Shown: in pieces, positions 1-11,199 of the stretch
How positions within the stretch are numbered: the first letter of the stretch is position 1
How the letters are laid out: every line of letters begins with the position of its first letter
Assembly: GCA_002269645.1 (NCBI GenBank)
Contig: NIVC01001835.1
Coordinates: 1-64,000 of the forward strand
Reading direction: 5' to 3'
Source of the DNA: Macrostomum lignano
Taxonomy: Eukaryota
Length of the DNA: 64,000 nt
Program-made: the position numbers and the translations under genes
Notes under the pieces: generated by a model
What the model was told of the DNA's origin: nothing
What the model saw: only the letters and a program-made list of their open reading frames with translations
Databases searched by the model: none

Positions 1-1973
1 ACAGCATTCTGATCTTCCTGAAGGAGCAGCGCGGCCGAGAGTTGCCGAATTTTCAATCGGCCTATCCTATTGTGGAGTCGCTGATTCGCGACAAGCTGAT
101 CAAGCCGTTGAAATTTCTCACTCTGAGCTGTCTGCGCGACATCAGCATGGAGGTGGACATCACGCTGAGGGATTTAACTGATCAGGTGTTCTCGACTTAT
201 CCGAAACTGAACCTGTTTATTAAGGTGAGATGCGGCTTATGAAACTTCTTTATCTGGCCCTCAGGGGTCCTTTGAAGCTTCACAGTAGCAATCCGGCACA
301 TTCAAAGTTTGTGTCTCTTCTCCGATCCCTTACCTCCTCTCTCTCCCTCTCTTCTTTATTTTCTCCTCACACTTCTCTCTCATCTCCTCTCTCTTTTTTA
401 TCTGGGCCTTCTTTATCTGACACAAACATTCACCTGAAATAAACATTCCCAGGAGGCAATCCAGGACACCAAGGAGCGCATGCACACCCTCGCCAAGGAG
501 GACATCGAGCGCCAGTTCGAACAAGAGAACTACATCTGGACCAACGATATGCTCTACATTGGCGAAACCCAATCAAGGGAAACCATCAGGCGCCTGGTGA
601 AGAGTCTCGAAATGCCGCAAACGTCCGGCGTTTATTCCTTTGCCAGCGACTTTAGCCGGAAAGCCATCGAATTGATGTCAATTCAGTGTTCACGTGAGCC
701 ATGCAAATGGGAATGTTAAGCTGCTTTTTTTACACTCTAAGTGGCAACTCACCCTTCAACTGCACCCTTCTTTGGGAAAGATGGACTTTTTAATGCACCA
801 CTCGGTAGCTCAACAACTGACGTGCGTTTTTCGTGCTACTGTTGGTAGTCTCGTATGAAAATTAATTGACTTTTTTACTTTTTTGCATCTTAGAGTCGGG
901 AAAGGAGACTCGACCAGATTTTGCGGCCTGGTTCAACGAGAATTTTGTCAGTAAGTTCTATCAGATAATTGATCATATGTGTTATTCGCGTTGAAAATTT
1001 CAAATTTAATGCCAACATGCACGTTCGTTCAGGCTATTACACGTCAGCTCCGAGTGCCCCAATGCGAGAGTCGGATGATCCTGAGGCTGAGCTCATGATT
1101 GAGAAGAGTTTAAATGCCCTGCACGCCTATGTTAAGGTAAGCAGCTTATTCGTGGAACCAACGTGAAATTGAGGACTCTTCTTTGTTACAAAAGAGAAAA
1201 AAGTGTTGAGCATGCAGCCTTGTAGTAGTGGGGTGCATTTATGTCTACTGAATTTCATATAACCAACAGAACTTCATATCTCCGACACTTCCTGTCTCCG
1301 ACACTTCCTGTCTCCGACACTTCCTGTCTCCGACACTTCATGTCTCCGACACTTCATGTCTCCGACACTTCCTGTCTCCGACACTTCATGTCGCCGACAC
1401 TTCATGTCCCCGACACTTCATATACCCGACACTTCATGTCTCCGACACTTCATGTCTCCGACACTTCATGTCTCCGACACTTCTCCGACACTTCATGTCT
1501 CCGACACTTCATGTCTCCGACACTTCATGTCTCCGACACTTCATGTCTCCGACACTTCATGTCTCCGACACTTCATCTTTGATCCTAACCCTAATGGAAG
1601 TATAAACTTTCAGATTTCGAATTTGTGATAGAGGCTGCTAATCTGAAGTGTCGGAGACATGAGGGGTTGGAGACATGAGTTGTCCGACACAGTCAGGGCA
1701 ATCAAGTAAAGTGCACTTCCCCAAACAACTTCCCCGTCAAAGGTGGCAACAACCAGAATCATGGACAATGGACCGTTGTGCATGATGCACTACATGCTCT
1801 ACAAGCTGGCGGACGAGTTTCACAAGGAAGTCGAGATCTACCAGCAGGATTCGGACACTCTGGACGAACTGCTCGAAGAGAAGGAAGGAGTTCGCGTGCA
1901 CCGCAACGAGTCTCGCAACCGGCTGAGAGCTCTGTTCGAGGCCGAGGCTGAGCTCAGCAGGATTAGCCTGTAA
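1..1973 (+). CDS. Mx: Mx-like (myxovirus-resistance family) dynamin-superfamily GTPase, 3' part (stalk/middle domain, L4, GED); 5' end lies outside the window
   Basis: Exons <1..224, 453..693, 894..950, 1033..1136, 1743..1973; all GT-AG and phase-compatible (0,1,1,0). The spliced protein contains RGRELPNF (MxA RGRELPGF), DIERQFEQENYIWTND (MxA LIRLHFQMEQIVYCQD), LHAYVKVATTRIMDNGPLCMMHYML (MxA [25 protein letters not shown]) and a C-terminal GED helix ending at the stop. No PH or PRD domain. Family assigned from remembered motifs. Confidence 0.85.
1271..1690. repeat. 16-bp tandem array (TCCGACACTTCATGTC)n with inverted copies downstream; foldback-like element in Mx intron 4
   Basis: Array at ~1271-1577. 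TGAAGTGTCGGAGACATGA at 1644-1662 is the reverse complement of the unit, with a second partial inverted copy at 1669-1678. Confidence 0.85.
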
Positions 1974-3390
1974 CCTGACGAGGTCTGATCAGTCGACCTT
2001 TTGATAGTTTCACTAGCCACAACCAGCTACTGTAAAATTTTCAATCGTGAACGAAAAGCCACTGCTAAAAGCTACCATACTTGTTTTCCTATTATTGCAA
2101 TGTACCTTTTTCTGTGCTCGCTTCGCTGACCGCAGATGTACTGTTATATTGTCAGAAGGGTGGGCCAGGGACTCACAAATAAGCCGTCTCGACTACGCCC
2201 TTGTTTCCTGATTTAGTCAGTTTCCAATAAGCTACTGAGTCAGTCCGTGCGTTATCAATGGATTTACCTGCGTCACGCTACCTGAATGACGTAATTTAAC
2301 TGTGTTTTCCTTTTACAGTTTTGCTCGTCGGTCAAATTTTCTGTAAGCATTATTACTAAAATGTGCACAAAATCTACGGCCGTATTTCTACCTATATGCC
2401 TATAGCTACCCCTTAGAACCCGCATGCCAGCTTAAGGACCGCACGCAGCAGTTTCTATAAAGGTACGATTACTTTCGATGTAGCTTTAATTACTTCGAAC
2501 GCTGAGGTTTTCACTTTTGTTTAAACGACGAATTCCTTAAAATTTGCATTGTACTTTCAAATCGCTAATATTCATAGTCGGATAATCATTTTTGCCTTCA
2601 ACATCCGCTTGTGAAGTCACGCAGAGTGTGACTGCAGTCGCCTACCCATTATAATACGAGCGTAGCTTAGATTTGTGCAGGTAACTCAATACCTGGCTCT
2701 GTATTAGTTAGCTAGATTATCTACTCGTGACAGCGCTAAGTCCCCTTTTCACTGGCCTTCTATAGCTCTCGACTCTTCAAGTTAATTAGGCAGGTTGTGG
2801 CCAAGAGTCCCTCGGGTCTTCTTATTTTTGTCGTCCTTTGACAATTCGACTCTCGAGCTCACAGGCCAATGAGACTCGCACAGTCCGTGCGCTTGTTTTA
2901 ATTAGTTAAAAGCTTATTTCGAAACTCTCCATTCGAACCTTCTTTTCTCTAGACTAAAAGTACCACCCTAATATCACTAAGGCTATCAAAGATGCATCGA
3001 GTTGCATAGACTTAGGAAAATTTCGTTTGTATTTCTGCTAATACTTTTAGGTAATCTAACATGTTTATTACGTATTGATACGTATGTTTAGGGACATCAA
3101 TTTTGTGAATGCTCAGCAATAAGTCAACTAAAAATAATATCCATTGTGTACCGGTCAGCCTGTTGGTCTTTATTTATCAAAAGTCATTATTAAAACAGTC
3201 TCCTAGAACCACTAATGAAGTCGAGCGGACAGGATCCGTTCCCGTAATAAACGCTTCGCTTTGCTAGGTCTTATGAATAATTTAACGTAAGACTTTTGCC
3301 ATCGCTTTTTTGCGACACAAATTTTCGCTTCTTAATTCTTGTAATCACAATCGTTTTTTTCAGCACAGGATCAGCTGATATCTTAATTCC

Positions 3391-3672
3391 TAATAATAAT
3401 TAACAATTGATTACACCTGCCCTAATGAGCAGATTTGCAACCGACAGCTCAGCCGCAGCTATTTGCGCGGCGCATCTGAAGGCTGGGTACGGCTGTTCAG
3501 TCCAAGGACTGGGGGGTCGCCACACACACCCTCAATTACCCCAGCTAATGCTGGCACCCATTTCACAGCTGGATGAACTGAAGCAATGCAGAGTGTCTTG
3601 CTCAGGGACACAAATTGTTCCGAGTGGGATCGGGAATCGAACCCCCGACCTTCAAGTCATGAGTCCGACGGA
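3391..3672 (-). mobile_element. tRNA-derived SINE with CORE-like central domain (family A, copy 1, head slightly truncated)
   Basis: Highly similar to 51893-52200 and 5882-6118. B-box GGTTCGATTCC, CORE-like segment and (ATT)n tail. Confidence 0.85.
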
Positions 3673-4476
3673 CATTTATTCCTAGCTAGGACATTTTAAA
3701 AGTCCCTCTATCGTCTCAAAAATTCAAATAAAATGCAAGTACATATATTAGTAATTGATCTCTCTTTGAAAAAATCTGATAAGAGCTATAGTTCTAATTA
3801 GAAAACTTCCCCAGATATTCGATATAGATTAATGTTTCTAATTAATTAGCGTGTAAACTGGCCCCCCAAGAGTCACTCAGTTGCATGCGTTAGTCATTTC
3901 AGCATATTCAACATGTTAGTCAACGAGCCACGCCTTTTAACTGCCTGACGAACCCAACTTCAGCTGACAATATTCAAGCTTGCGTTTCTCTATACATGGA
4001 CAGACCCATTTTTAGCCAGCACATTCCTTCCTACCGTCTCCTCCGCATCGAGCATCAGGAGCTTAGATTTTGTCTGTCTTTTTCTCTGCTCTTTACCTTC
4101 GTTTCACTTGGATGGAGAGCTGCCACACCCAAGAGGGTGGTCCCCCGCCCGCCTCTCAAACTCTTCCTTCCTGCGTGCGTTCCCTTCTACTCACCGTCTC
4201 GCCGTTCTCACGCTCAGCTGCGTGCGCGAGGAATCCTACAATAAGGCGGCCATCGCTGTTTGATTCGATCTTCTTCTCCAATCGGCCCTTGCTTGTTCGT
4301 CCTTCCTATAACATCATCCTCTTCCTAACTGTAGAAGAAATCCCTCAATACAATTTTTCACTGACCAAGGCCTCGGTCAGACAGCCGTCATATCCTTGTC
4401 TAGTGTGGTTGAGAATTAAAGGTATCAAGCCTCTACATGGTTGTGAAATACAGCAACCACATTAGTCTGAATTGCA

Positions 4477-5745
4477 ATGCTTTCTTCTGCCGACGAAAAT
4501 TCAACTTCTACCGCGCCTAACTCGTGCGATCTTGTCCAGTTGAAGCCATCCTGGATTGCGGCCTGCTCCGTTGGACTCAATGGCGGAGTGGGCCTGATTG
4601 GCTTATTATTGGTTGGCATCAACCTGGTCGCCCTGTCCCGCGATCAGGTCATGCGCCCAGCAGCCAAGCTGCCCTACACCGCCGCGGGCATCGCCAACGT
4701 CGGCATCTACGCCAGCATGCAGCTGGACTCTGCTCGAGTCCTCCTATCAGCTACCACAGCTTCGTTTGTTTTGCCTTCGCCGCTGCGACTTCTGCACGCT
4801 GCAGCTTATGCAACCTGCACAGAGTTTGTCCTGCTCGCTGGTGCAGTTGCCGCTCTTCAACGCCTGGCTGCCGCTCGACTATTAGAGGGCAGACAAGTTC
4901 TGAACAGTGCGAGATTACCTGCCGCAGCTCTCCTAATTGGGGGCGCCATTTTGGCTATTAAGAACGCCTCCGTCGGTTATTTGACGCCAATCAATCTGAC
5001 ACCTCTGGCAGTGAGCAGCATGGCACAGGATTTGCTGCGACAGTCGAAGAGTGAACCGCGGTTACCCCCGTTGATAGTTGGCCACGCGGCCGCGACAGTG
5101 ACGCTGCTGTGCACCGGACTTGCACTCAGTCTCGCCAGTTACACAGCCTCAAGCCGACGCCGAAGAAAGCTGTCAGCGACAGTGTCAACCACTCAACGCG
5201 GCTTGCCAATGTCATCGGTGTCCTCGAATAACAACGCAGCCACAACAACCAATGCAACAGCTATTGCCGTTACAGCGATATCATCTGTTGTGCCAAGCGC
5301 TTCTATTAGCACTCTGGCTTCATTTCCCACCGCTGCTACAACCACTGCTTCAGTGGACACGCTGTGTCCGAACCCCACCGCTGCCGCCAGTGCGTCATCC
5401 CGGAGCGGCTTATCATCAACGCGTTCCCGGGCAACCCGACGCCAGCTATCGGCGGCTTTGTTTGCTGCTTTTCACGCCGTGCTCCTGACTGTTATTGCGC
5501 TTTGCTTGGCCTGCCAGATATTCATGGCTACTTGGAAGGAAAGCAGTGACTATCTGATTCCTGAGACAACAAACCGCCAATGCGTCTCGGAGTGGATGGA
5601 GCACTCGGGATTGTTGCTACTGTACTCCACGACTGCAGTTTGCGTGCCTCACCTACTACTATGCGGACGAACTTTCGTATACTATGTTTGCCTCACCAGC
5701 TTCAGGACAGCATTGAGGTCTGTGCTGTGTTCTAACCCGGCCTGA
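4477..5745 (+). CDS. Intronless divergent rhodopsin-like (class A) 7TM receptor, 422 aa
   Basis: Single ATG-to-stop ORF with seven hydrophobic segments. LQR occupies the DRY position, there is a long Ser/Thr/Ala-rich third intracellular loop, and TM7/helix 8 reads FVYYVCLTSFRTALRSVLC, like invertebrate peptide-receptor-type GPCRs. Confidence 0.7.
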   Translation: MLSSADENSTSTAPNSCDLVQLKPSWIAACSVGLNGGVGLIGLLLVGINLVALSRDQVMRPAAKLPYTAAGIANVGIYASMQLDSARVLLSATTASFVLPSPLRLLHAAAYATCTEFVLLAGAVAALQRLAAARLLEGRQVLNSARLPAAALLIGGAILAIKNASVGYLTPINLTPLAVSSMAQDLLRQSKSEPRLPPLIVGHAAATVTLLCTGLALSLASYTASSRRRRKLSATVSTTQRGLPMSSVSSNNNAATTTNATAIAVTAISSVVPSASISTLASFPTAATTTASVDTLCPNPTAAASASSRSGLSSTRSRATRRQLSAALFAAFHAVLLTVIALCLACQIFMATWKESSDYLIPETTNRQCVSEWMEHSGLLLLYSTTAVCVPHLLLCGRTFVYYVCLTSFRTALRSVLCSNPA

Positions 5746-5881
5746 ATACGCAGAACGAACTGATTGAGTTTTGTTGCATAAATACGCTGTATTTTCAATA
5801 TCTAAAATTGGCTGTTTGTTCGGTAACCCACCCGCACAATACACTGGTCGCATGCGTGTATCAATGTGGTTCCGTTTCCTT

Positions 5882-6118
5882 GTAGCCTAAAATGGTTAGA
5901 GCGTCGGACTCACGACTGAAAGGTCGGGGGGTTCGATTCCTGATCCCACTTAAAACAATTTGGTGTCCTTGAGCAAGACACTTAACTCTGCATCGCTTCA
6001 GTTCACCCAGCTGTACAATGGGTGCCAGCATTAGCTGGGGTGATTGAGGCTGTGCGGCGACTCCCCAGTCCTTAGGGCACCCACAGTCGGTTGCACATCC
6101 CATAGGGCAGGTGTAATA
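5882..6118 (+). mobile_element. tRNA-derived CORE-like SINE (family A, copy 2, internally deleted)
   Basis: A-box-like GTAGCCTAAAATGG, B-box GGTTCGATTCC, then GTCCTTGAGCAAGACACTTAAC...CAGCTGTACAATGGG (MIR/CORE-like). Lacks roughly 50 nt present in the other two copies. Confidence 0.85.
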
Positions 6119-7546
6119 AAAAGCTTGCCTAATCGAATTACCGGTATTGTGCGTAATGACACTAATTTAAGGATACGACCTTAATGAATATAAGGTTCTT
6201 CGTTTTCATTTAACGCATAAATTTATAGGTATTAAGCGATCAAAATACTCGTATCAATTTGACGAGTAGTCTAAACTAGTGTGGCATTGGCATCAAAGTA
6301 AAATAAAAAGAAAAATATTTTGAAGCAATTGAACTCTGTGCTTGGGTATAGTGTGTGTAGTTGAGTTTAAGAAGCAGTTCTTTATCTGCTTATTAGGTAA
6401 GGTTATTTGCGTTGTATTTTATCTGAGGTATTAATGTTTAATATATATTAGCGGTACACTTAGTATAGAAGTATCTGACTTGAATTCCCTGTGCGCAACA
6501 AGTAGGTTTGACAGCAAATCGTTGGTGAGTGCTTTTTCAGAAAAAAGGGTTGGTAGGAGAGCACGGAAGCGGCTGCAAGCAGGTGAGAAAAGAACGGCGC
6601 AAATTTTGTTTCAAATTTAAAAGGCGAAAAACCAAACGCAAAAATAGAGCGCGCTTGTCTGTCACGGCCTCCGACAAAAGCGAAATATTGCAACACTGAA
6701 TGAAACTCAATCGACCAGATAAAAACAATTGCGGCAAATTTATGGTTGATCATCGGGAGAGTTGCTGGTCAGCCAAAAAATAAATAAAACAGCATATCCT
6801 CGCCATTAGGGAAAAGCATTTGGCAAATAACAGATTCTTGTTCGAGATTGTTGCAAAGTAGGGTTTAGCAATGAAAATTAACAGTGTTTTAAGCAATATT
6901 TATGTATAAGCTACGCATTTTCATAACTCAGTAGCGTAGCAGGTTGAAACAGCAAACTGGGACTTGAATCTGGTCAAATCTGACAACCGAACGCGACGGA
7001 TTGCGCCATGCTTCCAAACACAGAATTGAAGACTTGGAATATTATAAAAAATGAAAACTACAATATTGGCAAGTGAACGCAAACAGTGCAAGGTTGAGCA
7101 AGCAAAGTCGACGAACTGTAATACTAAGGAAGCCTATAGTAGTTATTGCGCATGGCTTAAGAACGCAAAAATCTTATTTAAACGGCAACTACAGCGGAAA
7201 TGCACCAAGTCACCGGCACCCTGGATCTTTATACTCAGCTTCCAGACTGTCCTCGCTTAAGAAATAAACTTCTTGGGATAAAAATATGAAAGTTGGAAAA
7301 ATGTTTGAAAGAAAGACAGAAAAATGAACAGACTCTTCGGTTTTCCTATACTCGTGTAAAAGACGGCGGGTGCACAAAACTTTCGCTCATCCCAGACAAC
7401 TGTCCGCACGAGCAGACCTTCAATAACAGCCCCTCAACCTGATGTTTTCACTCCACTCTATATCCCGAATCAAACATTAGAACACTGTGACATGTTTTTT
7501 TCACCTGACAAATAATTAGTCCATCCGAAATTACAGCTCCATCCGT

Positions 7547-7956
7547 TTACAAGCGATGGTCCAGAAGCTTGAAGTCGTGACGAGATGGTTCACCAAACGG
7601 ACCAATGCTGCCAAAGAGCAGCTCGCTGCAGTCCAGCAGCTGCTGCTGCTGCTGCGACTTCGATGTCTGCTGTCCCTGCGGCTGCAGCTGGTTAAACAGC
7701 ACAGATGAGGCCGAAGATGATGAGCCAGAGTTGCCGCTATTAACATTACCAGCCCTGCTGCTGGATGAATAGCAGCACGACGGAGTTGGTGGACTGCTAA
7801 AATTGCCACCAAGGAAATCGAAACTGCCGACAGATTTATAACTGTGCTGCTGCTGTTGCTGCTGCTGCATAGGCGAACCGATGATGCCGTAGATTCCCAG
7901 GCCACTGCAGATACCGTTATCAATGGACGAGATGGGGGAATCGTTGCCATTATCTG

Positions 7957-7987
<31 letters not shown>

Positions 7988-9055
7988 ACCGCTGCTGCCG
8001 CTTCTAGGGTCGGAGTTGGCTCCGTACTCGCCGTGACCGGCCGACGACCCACCGTTACTATGGGCCTGGGTGGTGCTGTTGTTGCTAGTCGACGAAGCTG
8101 TCGCAGCAGCGGCGGCGGCGGCGGCGGCGGCGGCCAGCGCAGGCAGGCTATAGTAGAGCAGCTCACCGTTCTGCCCGATCACGGCTGGAGCGGCCGCGGC
8201 GGTCGGGCCCGATCCGCCAGCTGAACTGTTGGCCGTGGTTGTCAAGCAAGAGGGCAGGCTGGAGGCAAGCAGCTGGGCAGCAGCCGAAGCCGACACAGCA
8301 TCCAATGGCGCTGCTGCGGTTGGCCATTGCAGAGCAGACGCCGAACAGGCCACCGTCGGGCAGACGTTCGAAGTTGACGTGGAAGCGGCGGCGGTGGCAG
8401 TTGGCGCAGCAATGATCTGGGCGGCGCCAACGCCGGGAGCGGCAGTTGAGAACAACGGCAGCTGAGGAGCGCCGCCCAGATAGATTGGCGTGCAGTAGCC
8501 AAATGGCAGAGCCGTGAGCAGCTGAGGCAGACCCGAGTCTGGCCGGCGGTAAAGCAGGTACTGCACTGGCGCAGCCGTAGCAGAATCCGGTAGAAAGGCA
8601 GTAGCAGTTGCCGACCCATCAATAGCACCACCAGCGCTGCTTCCGCTGTTGTTACCGTGCTCCATCTTGGTAGACAACTTCTTAACAGCCTTGGATATGT
8701 TCAGCTTGCGATCCTTGAATATGATGTTGTCATACTCGGACGAGTTCAATATCGCCTGGGCCATTTCACGAGTTTCAAACGTGACAAATCCGTAGCCTTT
8801 TGAGACTCCGGTTTTATCAGAGATAATCTTTATATCCTTGATCTCAGCCTTGTTAAACTTCTCAGCCAAGAAGGCGCGCAACTCGCTCACGTTCGCATGC
8901 GACGGAATGCCGCCCACAAAAATGCGATTCTCAATCACAGTTTCTAGCTGAGGCGTCTGCTGCGGCTGAGACGGCTGCTGCTGCTGCGGCTTCGGCGAAT
9001 CTGGCTGCGATCGAACCGGAGACAAAATCATCGACGTTGCAACATCAGTGGCCAT
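7547..9055 (-). CDS. bol: Boule/DAZ-family RRM RNA-binding protein, intronless, 502 aa
   Basis: RRM with RIFVGGI (RNP2), SKGYGFVTF (RNP1) and KLNISKAVKK, the Boule-type signature. Followed by a long Ala/Ser/Gln low-complexity tail. One uninterrupted ORF. Confidence 0.88.
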
Positions 9056-9454
9056 GGCGGGTACTTCCGTTGAATACGCTTCGATGAGAGCAAGATTTCT
9101 GACTGACGACCAGCGCTTCTCTTAAAACCTTCTAATAACTAACTTGATAAGCCAGATCGAGCGGTCCCGTGCGGCCCGAGCTCAGCTGCCCAGCTGTGGC
9201 GAACAGTTGCTCATCCTGTCTATGGGGCCAACTGGACACAGTTGGAGTCCATTATCGCATAAACAAACTATGTCAAGCATGACACATCATTGGTTTCAGT
9301 GCGCAAGTACTTATTATACCCAACATACGTAAGCGACTCTTACAGCATGAACAGAGAAGGTAGAGCCATATAATATCGCTACGATTCTCAAAATTTTCTT
9401 CTTTACTCAAAAATCTTCTTTACTGCGTTTGACGGACGAATCTCAGGTCTTTCC

Positions 9455-10485
9455 TTTGGAGCTTTATAGGGCATATCTCAAGAGAGATTATCCTTTTCAG
9501 AGAATCTCAAGGGAGATTATCCTTTTCAGAGAATCTCAAGGGAGATTATCCTTTTCAGAGAAGAATCTCAAGGGAGATTATCCTTTTCAGAGAAAAATCT
9601 CAAATAAAGGTCTTTCCTTTGGAGCTTTATAGGGCATATCTCAAGGGAGATTATCCTTTTCATAGAAGAATCAAGGGAGATTATCCTTTTCAGAGAAGAA
9701 TCTCAAATAAAGGTCTTTCCTTTGGAGCTTTATAGGGCATATCTCAAGGGAGATTATCCTTTTCATAGAAGAATCAAGGGAGATTATCCTTTTCAGAGAA
9801 GAATCTCAAATAAAGGTCTTTCCTTTGGAGCTTTATAGGGCATATCTCAAGGGAGATTATCCTTTTCAGAGAAGAATCAAGGGAGATTATACTTTTCAGA
9901 GAAGAATCTCAAGGGAGATTATCCTTTTCAGAGAATAATCTAAAGGGAGATTATCATTTTCAGGGAAGAATCTCAAGGGAGATTATCATTTTCAGGGAAG
10001 AATCACAAGGAGATTATTATTTTCTTGGATGAAACTCAAGGAAGATTATGCTTCAGAGAATCTCAAGGGAGATTATCCTTCTCAGAGAATCTCAAGGGAG
10101 ATTATCCTTTTCAGAGAAGAATCTCAAGGGAGATTATCCTTTTCAGAGAAGAATCTCAAGAGAGATTTTCCTTTTCAGAGAAGAATCTCAAGGGAGATTA
10201 TCCTTTTCAGAGAATAATCTCAAGGGAGATTATCATTTTCAAAGAATAATCTCAAGGGAGATTATCATTTTCAGGGAAGAATCACAAGGAGATTATTATT
10301 TTCTTGGATGAAACTCAAGGAAGATTATGCTTCAGAGAATCTCAAGGGAGATTATCCTTTTCAGAGAAGAATCTTAACGGAGATTATCCTTTTCAGAGAA
10401 GAATCTTAACGGAGATTATCCTTTTCAGAGAAGAATCTCAACGGAGATTATCCTTTTCAGAGAATCTCAAGGGAGATTTTTCTTT
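9455..10485. repeat. 32/29-bp minisatellite (AGAGAAGAATCTCAAGGGAGATTATCCTTTTC)n with higher-order blocks
   Basis: Direct inspection. A ~100-bp higher-order unit repeats at 9590-9880 and a ~280-bp block recurs at ~10025 and ~10304. Confidence 0.95.
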
Positions 10486-11199
10486 TGAAAGACAAATCGG
10501 AGAGCTTTGACAAGAGCAACTGATGTTATTCACCCTGTAGTGTAAATTCTCCGAATAGGATTAAAAGACTTTAAAACACATTTTCGAGAAAAAATAAAAA
10601 TAATTTTAAGCATTTTAAGCTTTCTAAAATTTGTTTGTAGGTAAGTTAGAAACCATGCATAGAATATATTAAAATTATTAAATAAGTTAATAGCAAAGTA
10701 TGAAAATATATAAGTAGAGGCACGAGAGGGCTTATCTATTTAGATAGAAAGTTAAATTATATTCCAAATATTATATCAAGCACGGGTCTATGAACTACTA
10801 ATTGATTGTTATAACATGTTAACACATAGAGTACTAAGAAAGCGCATCATTTTTGTAGGCTACTAAGAGCTACATAAATAAACCATTTTGCAAGCTATAA
10901 AAAGCATGTGATTCCAAATTAATATTAGACAGAGTATGATCGGAATAAGTAGCTAGCAGGAATAAGTAGTATGCGCAGGATATTAAAGAGCATGACGATT
11001 GATAAACAAATGTGTGATTAAAATATTTTAGGCCTGTTTTGATAAGCAAAAAATCAACGTATAAAGGACGGTTAAAGTCAATGGAAACGTGATAGGTGTC
11101 AAATTATCTAGGAAGTTTATGGGTATAACTGCATGACATCATTTTTCTTTCTTTTTCCTTTTTCTTGTCCTTTTTTCTTTACATAACGATTGAGCAGAT

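Noticed and set aside
1584-1594. Telomeric repeat CCTAACCCTAA
   Set aside because: Fewer than two units; not an interstitial telomere array.
2114-2125. U6 snRNA start GTGCTCGCTTCG
   Set aside because: Only a 12-nt match; no ACAGAGA box or remaining U6 sequence follows.
5882-5950. tRNA gene (also 52130-52200 and 35890-35961)
   Set aside because: A and B boxes are present but there is no complete acceptor stem, and the sequence continues into a shared SINE body and tail.
8480-8600. DAZ repeat in Boule
   Set aside because: The region is Tyr/Pro-containing but I cannot match it convincingly to the 24-aa DAZ repeat.
7531-8631. Overlapping alternative-frame and antisense ORFs within boule (similarly within the GPCR, SUOX and Par3 exons)
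   Set aside because: Expected in GC-rich, stop-poor coding DNA; no recognisable motifs.
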